Shown: positions 1-7,282 of the stretch, piece by piece
Numbering within the stretch: the first letter of the stretch is position 1
Layout: each line of letters begins with the position of its first letter
Assembly: GCA_038747425.1 (NCBI GenBank)
Contig: JBCDJV010000006.1
Location: forward strand, 13,470-77,469
Reading direction: 5' to 3'
Origin: Bacteroidota bacterium
Lineage (GTDB): Bacteria > Bacteroidota > Rhodothermia > Rhodothermales > JBCDJV01
Length of the DNA stretch: 64,000 bases
Program-made: the position numbers and the translations under genes
Notes under the pieces: model-generated
Told to the model about the DNA's origin: nothing
What the model saw: the letters and a program-made list of their open reading frames with translations, nothing else
Databases searched by the model: none

Positions 1-2
1 AA

Positions 3-146
3 CCAGATAGCGATTTCGTGCAAGTATGGAGAAGTGAGGTTGAAGAAGACTATGCGTTTCCTTGGCTGATCTCACCAGGCGACCGCTACGAAGCTCGGTA
101 CGAACACGGTGAGATCATACTCGGTGATACACATGTCCATGAGTAA
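3..146 (+). CDS. C-terminal 47 codons of an unidentified ORF entering from upstream of the window
   Basis: Frame 3 is open from the window edge to TAA at 144-146 (...PWLISPGDRYEARYEHGEIILGDTHVHE*). No family recognised. Local GC is clearly below the window average. Confidence 0.2.
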   Translation, partial: PDSDFVQVWRSEVEEDYAFPWLISPGDRYEARYEHGEIILGDTHVHE

Positions 147-410
147 ACGCCCTACAGGAAGACCCAACCTGCACAATAAAAACGAAACTCATCCCCCCGT
201 TTACGTATATTAGCTATGATCTGTGTACTAAGCGGGCGCGTTCTACGAAGTCTCTGACCAGTTCTCTTCCTCACCGAGTCGCAACAGCGATAGTCTAGGT
301 CCATCCTCCTAGTTGCCTTTGGCGAAGAGATGACCGACGAGATAAGTAGAAATCCCGCTTGTAATGCCTACTGCACACGTTCTTGTGTGTAGAGCATTGT
401 GCTCGCTCCG

Positions 411-439
411 CTTGCCGGTGAGGTACCCTCACCGGCAAG
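411..439. promoter_or_regulatory. Perfect 13-bp inverted repeat with 3-nt spacer (CTTGCCGGTGAGG-TAC-CCTCACCGGCAAG), 39 nt upstream of the first precursor gene
   Basis: Read directly from the sequence. No T-run follows on either strand, so it is not a canonical intrinsic terminator. Candidate operator or 5'-UTR stem. Confidence 0.35.
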
Positions 440-477
440 TTCACTGCTCCTCACATAATCTTAACTGAGGTTCCGCT

Positions 478-597
478 ATGAAAACGTGGAATACACCCAA
501 ACTCACTCGCTTTGGCAACGTCCAGGATATCACCGCACAGGGGAACGCAAAGCCCGTCCTCGGTGGTGACCTGATCATCGCAGTCGCCACGTCGTAG
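478..597 (+). CDS. Lasso-type RiPP precursor peptide, copy 1 (39 aa: MKTWNTPKLTRFGNVQDITAQGNAKPVLGGDLIIAVATS)
   Basis: ATG at 478, TAG at 595-597, GAGG 7 nt upstream. The leader fits the published lasso leader pattern (Y/W)xxPxLx3Gx5Tx. The peptide ends in Ser, and an HPrK-like kinase, ABC exporter and B2 protease follow on the same strand. It is below the 60-aa cut-off of the ORF track. Confidence 0.7.
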   Translation: MKTWNTPKLTRFGNVQDITAQGNAKPVLGGDLIIAVATS

Positions 598-880
598 TGG
601 TATCCTGGGCAGGGTAAATCCTGTCAAAGCAGCGAACGACAGTGGTAGGATGCCTCGGAGCCCTGACGTGGGGCCTCACCCGGGTATCATCAGGACACCA
701 CAGCGAAGCGCATGCTGAATGAGCCAAAGGTGCGACTATGAGTAGTCAGACAGCCTAGCATCTAGCATGCAATGTGGCTAAATTATCCTAGGGCTCAGAC
801 ACGCTCTGAATACGTAAGAGTCACAAGGGCTCCTATGTACACGTCCCGAACTTGTTTTTCCTAACCAAGGAGGTTCAGTC

Positions 881-1000
881 ATGAAGACGTGGTCAACGCC
901 TCAGCTGGCTCGCTTCGGCAACGTCAAGGATATCACCGCACAGGGCAACGCAAAGCCCGTCCTAGGTGGTGACCTGATCATCGCGGTCGCGACGTCCTAA
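881..1000 (+). CDS. Lasso-type RiPP precursor peptide, copy 2 (39 aa: MKTWSTPQLARFGNVKDITAQGNAKPVLGGDLIIAVATS)
   Basis: ATG at 881, TAA at 998-1000, strong AAGGAGG at 867-873. The C-terminal 19 residues are identical to copy 1 with only synonymous DNA differences. The leader motif is the same. Confidence 0.75.
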   Translation: MKTWSTPQLARFGNVKDITAQGNAKPVLGGDLIIAVATS

Positions 1001-1041
1001 GTGGCCACTGTAGACTCCACCCTGGAGTTATCAGACTGGGT

Positions 1042-1079
1042 CCCGCCATGGCTTCGGCCAGGGCGGGGCTTTTTCTTTG
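1042..1079 (+). terminator. Intrinsic terminator / attenuator directly after precursor copy 2
   Basis: CCCGCCATGGC-TTCG-GCCAGGGCGGG: an 11-bp stem with one mismatch and a TTCG loop, followed by CTTTTTCTTT. Confidence 0.6.
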
Positions 1080-1170
1080 ATGGACCTGTTCGTGCGGAGA
1101 CTTCGGTGCGAACGACGTGAGGCTCGCCGGTGTACAAGCTCTCCTCGTATCGTGCCAGCTCTTGTGATCC

Positions 1171-2100
1171 ATGCCTTCGCTTGCCACGCCGCATCGTTAC
1201 ACCTTCGCCGGATCGCTCATTGCATCGGACCGCCTTCTGCCACTCGTGACGTCTCAGGGCGCCGAGCAGGAACCGACGCTTCGCATCCATGCCGAACGCG
1301 AACTCGGTGCTCAACCACCTGTAGAGGACATCGGGTGTGTGTCTTCCGAGCCGGGGCAAGCCCTGCTGTACTACCCGTGGACCGGCTACATACGCGTCAC
1401 GGGGGGAGCACGGATTACCTACAACCCCGCCTCGGAAGACGAGGCTGCGTTGCTTGATACTTTGCTCACCGGTGCGGCCCTGGGCGTCGCCCTGCACCAG
1501 CGCGGTCACTTCACCCTTCATGCCAGTGCGGTGCAAATCGGAGACGAGGCCGTCGCGCTGGTCGGCGGGATGCGTGCAGGCAAAACCACGCTCGCTTGCG
1601 CCTTCCAGGCCGCTGGCCACACAATCCTGGCGGATGACATGATTGTATTCGGTGGTTCAGAGCAGGTATCGGTGTGGCCGGGCGTGCCGGAGGTGCGCGT
1701 TGACCCGGATGTGCTGCTGAACATTGTGCGGATAGAGCCGACCACCCTGCGCCGCATACACCCTTCGTCGGGTCGGCGCATCCTGCCTGTACCGACCCAG
1801 CAGGTTCCGGCCCCGGTCCCCCTGCGCGCCATCGTTTCGCTGACCGAGGGTGAACGCGCACCATGGGAGCGCCTTCGCCCACCACAGGCCTTCATGGAAC
1901 TGCTGCAGCATGCCTATGCACCACGCCTGTTGCGCCATGACAGTGTCACGCCGGGTCACCTGAGTCAGCTGCAGCGCTTGGCCACTCAAGTCCCAGTGTA
2001 CACCCTTCACCGTCCCATGAGCCTGAAAGACGTGCCTGATACCGTCTCGTGGGTCACCGAGCGACTGGCCCAGCGGACGACCAGCACGCCCGACCCCTGA
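1171..2100 (+). CDS. HPr-kinase-like (HprK-related) serine kinase of lasso/RiPP clusters
   Basis: 309 aa. The block LHASAVQIGDEAVALVGGMRAGKTTLACAFQAAGHTILADD parallels the HPr kinase catalytic core (HG..v...G.GvLi.G.SG.GKS..AL.L...GH.LvaDD). Its position is directly after precursors that end in Ser. Confidence 0.75.
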   Translation: MPSLATPHRYTFAGSLIASDRLLPLVTSQGAEQEPTLRIHAERELGAQPPVEDIGCVSSEPGQALLYYPWTGYIRVTGGARITYNPASEDEAALLDTLLTGAALGVALHQRGHFTLHASAVQIGDEAVALVGGMRAGKTTLACAFQAAGHTILADDMIVFGGSEQVSVWPGVPEVRVDPDVLLNIVRIEPTTLRRIHPSSGRRILPVPTQQVPAPVPLRAIVSLTEGERAPWERLRPPQAFMELLQHAYAPRLLRHDSVTPGHLSQLQRLATQVPVYTLHRPMSLKDVPDTVSWVTERLAQRTTSTPDP

Positions 2101-2308
2101 TAAAGCAACGCCGCGGAGCCAACCGCGCCATCATCTGGCATTGACGCATGTGCCATGCGTTAAAAACGCACCGTGGGCAGGAGGTAGATCTTGTATTCTG
2201 TGGGTGCGCTCTCCACTACAGCCACGCCTACCTCGACGGGGGCTTGGCCTTCACCAGGACCACCCACTAGTTGGCATCAAGGCCTCCCGCTGCGGTTCCC
2301 AGCGTATT

Positions 2309-4243
2309 ATGGATTCTGTAAAGCGCCGTCTTAAAGAGATCAATGAGTTGTTCGCGTACCTACCGCGAGCCTTGAGCCTTGTGTGGGCTGCGGCCAAGTG
2401 GTGGACGCTCTCCTGGGTTCTCTTGCTGCTGCTCCAAGGGCTGATGCCTGGGGCCGTGGTCTATCTCACCAAGCTGGTCCTGGACGGTGCCGGCGCCGCG
2501 ATTGGCCAAGGGCTCACCTGGGACAATGCCGAGCAGGTGGTGCAGCCTCTCATCTACATGGTGGTGGTCCTGGTCGTCCAACAGCTCGTGGGTAGCTTGA
2601 GCACCTGGGTCAACACAGCGCAGGCGGATGTAACCCGGGATTACATCCAAGGCTTGGTGCACGACAAGGCGATCCATGTGGACCTAGCGTTCTTTGACTC
2701 GGCCGAGAGTTACAACCGGCTGCACCAGGCTACCTCGCAGGCCAGCACACGCTCGCTGGAAATGCTCCAAAGCATGGGGTCGTTGTTCCAGAATAGCATC
2801 ACGCTAGTCACCATCGCGGCGCTGCTGATTCCGTATGGGGCCTGGATTCCACTTGTCCTCGTCCTCAGCACGTTACCCGCGCTGTGGGTGGTGGTCCAGC
2901 ATAATCGTCGGTACCATGCGTGGTGGAAGCAGGCCTCCATGGAAGAGCGGCAAGCTCGGTACTACGACATGATGATCACCATGGACCATTCGGCGTCTGA
3001 GGTGCGCATCTATGACAATGGGACCTACTTCAAGGACCTGTACCAGTCGCTCCGGGCCAAGCTGCGCGAGGAGAAGTTAGACCTCGTCAAGAAACAAGGA
3101 CTCGCGAGTTTCACCTCAAGCTTCATCGGCTTGGTGGCTGCCGGCGGCATCATGGCGCTGATGATCTGGCGGGCTCTCCAGGGGCTGGCTACCATCGGTG
3201 ACCTCGGCCTGTTCTACCAAGCCTTCAATCGCGGGCAAGCCTTGCTTCGAACCCTGCTCAGCAGTGCCGGACGCATCTTCACCAGCTCGCTCTTCCTGCA
3301 GCACCTCTTCGACTTCCTGGAGCTGTCGTCCAAGGTGACCAGTCCGGAGGAGCCTGTCCCGGTGCCCGCGCAGATGCAGGAAGGCATTCGCTTTGAGGAT
3401 GTCAGCTTTGCCTATCCAGGGACAGAGCGCAAGGCGCTGAGTAACTTCGATCTGCACATCCCCGCTGGCAAGGTCACCGCCATCGTGGGCCAAAACGGGG
3501 CCGGGAAGAGTACCTTCGTCAAGCTGCTCTGCCGTTTCTATGACCCCTCCGAGGGGACCGTCACCATTGATGGTACCGATATCCGATCCTTCGACGTGGA
3601 CGAGCTGCGCCGCCTAATCACGGTGATGTTTCAGTTCCCGATGCGCTATCAGGACACGGCCATCAATAACATTGCGATCAGCGATGTGCACCGCCCGCTG
3701 GATATGGAGCGTGTGCGGGCGGCGGGCGAGGCCGCCATGCTCACGGACATCGTCAAGAAGCTTCCATTTGGCTATGAAACGCAGCTCGGACGTTGGTTCA
3801 CGCAAGACCTGGACAAAAACATGGAGCTCAGTGGCGGTGAGTGGCAGCGCGTGAGCTTGGCGCGGGCCTTCTATCGGGAATCGCCCATCATCGTGCTGGA
3901 CGAACCCACGAGCGCCATGGATGCCTGGTCTGAATATCAATGGATGCAAGGCTTCGGGCAGCTCGTGGAGGGACGGACGGCCCTCATGATCACGCACCGA
4001 TTTACGACGGCCATGCATGCTGATGTCATCTATGTGATGATGGATGGGGCGGTTGTTGAGGTCGGCACGCATCGCGAGTTGCTGCAGCAGGACGGCTACT
4101 ATGCCCAGTCCTGGCGAGCTCAAATGGATCAAGGCTGGCGCGCTGCCCATGAAGAGGAGACCGCACAGCCCGAGGCGCCCAGGCCACCTCAGGATCTCGA
4201 TCCGACACCGATGCCGTTCGAGGACAACCCGCATTCGCTTTGA
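2309..4243 (+). CDS. ABC transporter, fused permease/ATPase (McjD-like peptide exporter)
   Basis: N-terminal six-TM-type region, then Walker A GQNGAGKST, signature LSGGEWQRVSLARA and Walker B IIVLDEPTSAMD. The start is taken at ATG 2309 (MDSVKRRL). The 2141-2308 extension of the ORF looks non-coding. Confidence 0.85.
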   Translation: MDSVKRRLKEINELFAYLPRALSLVWAAAKWWTLSWVLLLLLQGLMPGAVVYLTKLVLDGAGAAIGQGLTWDNAEQVVQPLIYMVVVLVVQQLVGSLSTWVNTAQADVTRDYIQGLVHDKAIHVDLAFFDSAESYNRLHQATSQASTRSLEMLQSMGSLFQNSITLVTIAALLIPYGAWIPLVLVLSTLPALWVVVQHNRRYHAWWKQASMEERQARYYDMMITMDHSASEVRIYDNGTYFKDLYQSLRAKLREEKLDLVKKQGLASFTSSFIGLVAAGGIMALMIWRALQGLATIGDLGLFYQAFNRGQALLRTLLSSAGRIFTSSLFLQHLFDFLELSSKVTSPEEPVPVPAQMQEGIRFEDVSFAYPGTERKALSNFDLHIPAGKVTAIVGQNGAGKSTFVKLLCRFYDPSEGTVTIDGTDIRSFDVDELRRLITVMFQFPMRYQDTAINNIAISDVHRPLDMERVRAAGEAAMLTDIVKKLPFGYETQLGRWFTQDLDKNMELSGGEWQRVSLARAFYRESPIIVLDEPTSAMDAWSEYQWMQGFGQLVEGRTALMITHRFTTAMHADVIYVMMDGAVVEVGTHRELLQQDGYYAQSWRAQMDQGWRAAHEEETAQPEAPRPPQDLDPTPMPFEDNPHSL

Positions 4244-4375
4244 GGAAGGCCTAGGCGGCTGATATACAGCAAAAGCACACCGAAGTGTGCGTACGGGGTG
4301 TGGCCAAAGAGGGAACACCGAACCAGCATCGAACGAGGTCGCTTGAGACGGGTACTATACACTGTTTAGGATTCT

Positions 4376-4858
4376 ATGCTACTGACGATGCCCCAGCAAA
4401 GACGTGCCTTGCGCTACATCCTTCAGCGCCTCCGCTCGCTGACGGGGGCGGAGTGGAAGCATCTGCTCACGGCGTTATGGCTGATCCCAGCCGTGCGGCT
4501 GGCGCTCTCGGCGTTTCCGTTCAAGTCTATGCTGCGGTTCATCGATGAGCTGGACCCCGCCAAACAGGAGGCCTCACCGGCCTACGTGGACGGCGCCAGT
4601 TGGGCGCTGGCTCTCATGGCGCGCACCCTCCTAGGCGACAAGCCGTGCCTCACTCAGGCACTGGCCCTACAGATCCTGCTACGCCGCCGAGCCATTCCGT
4701 CCACGCTCCGCATCGGAGTCAAGCGGGATGAGCAAGGCGGGCTGGCGGCCCACGCGTGGTTGGAGCGCGAAGAACGCGTGCTGATTGGGGGGGCCGACTC
4801 GCCGAAGCAGTACGCGCTGCTCCAGAGCCCCGATCAATACGGGGGCGCCCTGGTCTGA
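4376..4858 (+). CDS. Lasso peptide biosynthesis B2 protein (transglutaminase-fold leader peptidase, PF13471-like)
   Basis: 160 aa. The N-terminal helix is typical of B2 (LLTALWLIPAVRLALSAFPFKSML). Catalytic Cys context is KPCLTQALALQILLRRR and His context is LAAHAWLE. Confidence 0.8.
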   Translation: MLLTMPQQRRALRYILQRLRSLTGAEWKHLLTALWLIPAVRLALSAFPFKSMLRFIDELDPAKQEASPAYVDGASWALALMARTLLGDKPCLTQALALQILLRRRAIPSTLRIGVKRDEQGGLAAHAWLEREERVLIGGADSPKQYALLQSPDQYGGALV

Positions 4859-4983
4859 GTCCGTCGCCATACCGGGTGGCAAAACGGTGCGGTGCAACAA
4901 TAACCGGATGGACCGCGTCGTTAGCTGGGGTATCAACCGGGGTCCTGTGCCCTGAGCCTGCTTTGCTCTCAACCCACGCTTCC

Positions 4984-5586
4984 ATGCCTCACACCGACGA
5001 ACAGCTCGTGGCCGCCTACCTGGAACGGTCGGACCAGCAGGCCTTCAGAATGCTGGTCGAGCGTCATCAGGAGCGGATCTTCGGCTACCTGCTGGGCATG
5101 GTGCGGGATCGCCACCTCGCGAACGACCTGTTCCAAGAGACGTTCTACCGCGTCATCGCCGCGATGCAGAGGCAGCGCGGTACGTATGCCAGGCAGGGAC
5201 GCTGGTTGGCGTGGGTCATGCGCATTGCCCGCAACGCGACGCTCGATCATCTGCGCAGCCGAAAGAAGTGGCAAGACGTGGATGCCGGTCATGATGACGA
5301 TGATCGCTCCTACTGGGACTCCCTCCCGGATGCGGGTCCAGACCCTGAAGCGCTGCTGCACCGGATGGACCAAGGGGCCTGGCTGGCCCGGGCCATCGAG
5401 CGCCTGCCGAACGAACAGCGAGAAGTTCTCCTCCTTCGCCAAAACACAGATCTCACCTTTCGCGAGATCGCTGACCTCACCGATGTCTCGATCAATACAG
5501 CGCTGGGACGGATGCGCTATGCCCTCCTGAACTTGCGTAAGATGATGGTGGCCGAACAGCGAGCTACAGGCAGCCATGAAGTGTAG
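4984..5586 (+). CDS. ECF (sigma-70 family) RNA polymerase sigma factor
   Basis: Region 2 (FRMLVERHQERIFGYLLGMVRDRHLANDLFQETF) and region 4 HTH (REVLLLRQNTDLTFREIADLTDVSINTALGRMRYA). ATG at 4984. Confidence 0.9.
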   Translation: MPHTDEQLVAAYLERSDQQAFRMLVERHQERIFGYLLGMVRDRHLANDLFQETFYRVIAAMQRQRGTYARQGRWLAWVMRIARNATLDHLRSRKKWQDVDAGHDDDDRSYWDSLPDAGPDPEALLHRMDQGAWLARAIERLPNEQREVLLLRQNTDLTFREIADLTDVSINTALGRMRYALLNLRKMMVAEQRATGSHEV

Positions 5587-5638
5587 CCGCTAGCGCCCCC
5601 CACCAACGAGACCCTTCCGAAAGCCGCATACGCTCCAA

Positions 5639-6286
5639 ATGGACAAACAGCTACAACTCCTGCTCCACCTCTATGGAGAAGAGGGAGCCCCCACCGACCG
5701 GCGTGCGCTTCTGGACGATCCAGAGCTGGCTGACACGCACCAGATGTTCAGTGACGTCAAATTCCGCCTGGATCACCAGCGGATCGAACGTCCGGCCGCT
5801 GAGGTTCTGGATCAGGTTTTCCAGGCCGCTGAGCATGGCCTGCCCGCTTCACGCTTGGCACGGGCGGACCGGGCTCCCGTGGCCCGTACGTCGGTACGTC
5901 GCCGCCGTGCGCTCTTCGTGGGTGCGTGCATGACGGTCCTCCTGGGGCTCAGTCTAGCCGTGTGGACCGTAGTCCCGATAGGCTCACATGCGCCAGCCGC
6001 GTCCATGGCCACCATGGACGCCGCCCCCACAGCGCCGGCTCCAGCCGACGTATCGCCTCGTGTACTTGGCCCCTCGCAGGCGGCTCTCGGATCTCCGGCA
6101 CGGGCGCAGCATCTCACGCCGAGTGGATCGTGGGATGCTCGAGAGGACTTGCTGCAAGTACATGAGCGGCTGGAAACACTGGAAGCCTTCCGCCTGGGGC
6201 AGGACGCCTCCCGCTCGGCTCCTCAGGGCTGGCAGCTCGCTCGCCAACCAGGACCGCAGCCCGCCGCGCCTCCGTCCCCTCGGTGA
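5639..6286 (+). CDS. Putative anti-sigma factor (single-pass membrane protein)
   Basis: Lies directly downstream of the ECF sigma gene. One hydrophobic span (ALFVGACMTVLLGLSLAVWTVV). Call rests on position and architecture only. Confidence 0.5.
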   Translation: MDKQLQLLLHLYGEEGAPTDRRALLDDPELADTHQMFSDVKFRLDHQRIERPAAEVLDQVFQAAEHGLPASRLARADRAPVARTSVRRRRALFVGACMTVLLGLSLAVWTVVPIGSHAPAASMATMDAAPTAPAPADVSPRVLGPSQAALGSPARAQHLTPSGSWDAREDLLQVHERLETLEAFRLGQDASRSAPQGWQLARQPGPQPAAPPSPR

Positions 6287-6339
6287 TGCGTGCCCACCCG
6301 CTAGTCGTTGACTGTCTACCAGGTGTCAAGTCTCTTTAG

Positions 6340-7185
6340 ATGCTTCGCTTGATCCAACACGTGGCTGACGATCTCCTTCGTCTAGCCACCTGTGTCTTCG
6401 TACTGGCTGGGTGTCTGGGATGGCCCACAGATGGACATGCCCAAGACGTACGTACGTTGGTGATCCGGCAGGGGGTTGTCGAGATCGATGGCCAGAAGGT
6501 GCCGGCCTCACGCTGGCCGACCACGCTTCGTGTGGATAGCCTCAGTCTACACTTCGTGTTCAGTGGAGACCGGGAGCCGCTCGTAGACATCGGCCCCTAC
6601 ATCTACCGGGTAGAGGCCAACCAGCTGGTCGTCGTCGACGAAGTCTCCGCCTGGGACCGGCGGGCAGCCCACCGGGTGCCCTCGGCGCCTGATTCTTCGT
6701 TGGGGCGCCTGCTTGAGCTCCTCCGGCTTGAGGCCCAAGAAGCCGTGGAGACCGCGAAGACCGTCTCCGAACGGCCGCGCACGGCCCACTTCTACGCCAT
6801 CTCTACACGAGCAGCCCCTGAAGAGACGACCGCCCCCGTCCAAGCCTATGTTGAGAAGCTCCGAACCAAAGAGGCGGCCCTCTATGAACGGCTGACCCTA
6901 GAGTGGCGCCTAGAAGAGCAGGCGAGGCGCGAGGCCCACAGAGTTGCTGCACTGGCGGCTGGTGCCGAACGCCAAGCGGCTGAGCAGGCGCTGCGCGTGC
7001 TGCTGGAAGAGCTCTTCGTCTTGAAGCAGCAAAACCTCCAGGATGAGCTCACCGAGATGCAGGCTCGGCTGGACAGTATGCAGGCCAATCTGGACGCGCG
7101 TTCGGCCGCCCGAAACGCCATTGTGCAGCAGAGACTGGACGAATTGCTCGATTATGCCCGCACACACAGTCGTACCCACGAGTAG
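6340..7185 (+). CDS. Hypothetical exported protein with long C-terminal coiled-coil-like region
   Basis: N-terminal hydrophobic segment, then heptad-like A/E/R/L/Q-rich C-terminus. It is the third gene of the sigma/anti-sigma unit. Confidence 0.45.
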   Translation: MLRLIQHVADDLLRLATCVFVLAGCLGWPTDGHAQDVRTLVIRQGVVEIDGQKVPASRWPTTLRVDSLSLHFVFSGDREPLVDIGPYIYRVEANQLVVVDEVSAWDRRAAHRVPSAPDSSLGRLLELLRLEAQEAVETAKTVSERPRTAHFYAISTRAAPEETTAPVQAYVEKLRTKEAALYERLTLEWRLEEQARREAHRVAALAAGAERQAAEQALRVLLEELFVLKQQNLQDELTEMQARLDSMQANLDARSAARNAIVQQRLDELLDYARTHSRTHE

Positions 7186-7282
7186 CTGAGCGGAGTCTGG
7201 GCCTGCCCTCGCTTTCTCGGCGCGGCATGTCGTACCTTAGGGAGCCTACGATGAGCATCGCATCGGCTCGGTTTTTGCCTGG

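Noticed and set aside
330-392. 20-codon Cys-rich mini-ORF (MTDEISRNPACNAYCTRSCV) as a third RiPP precursor
   Set aside because: It has a weak RBS, no similarity to the two clear precursors, and is too short to judge. It is mentioned only inside the island finding.
2141-2308. N-terminal 56-codon extension of the ABC exporter ORF
   Set aside because: The translation (MTHVPCVKNAPWAGGRSCILWVRSPLQPRLPRRG...) is non-protein-like. The normal distance to TM1 is restored by starting at ATG 2309.
4285-4548. 87-aa ORF as the missing PqqD-like RRE (B1) of the lasso locus
   Set aside because: It overlaps the B2 gene out of frame. Its sequence (MCVRGVAKEGTPNQHRTRS...) has no winged-helix/PqqD-like pattern. 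It looks like a GC-driven shadow ORF.
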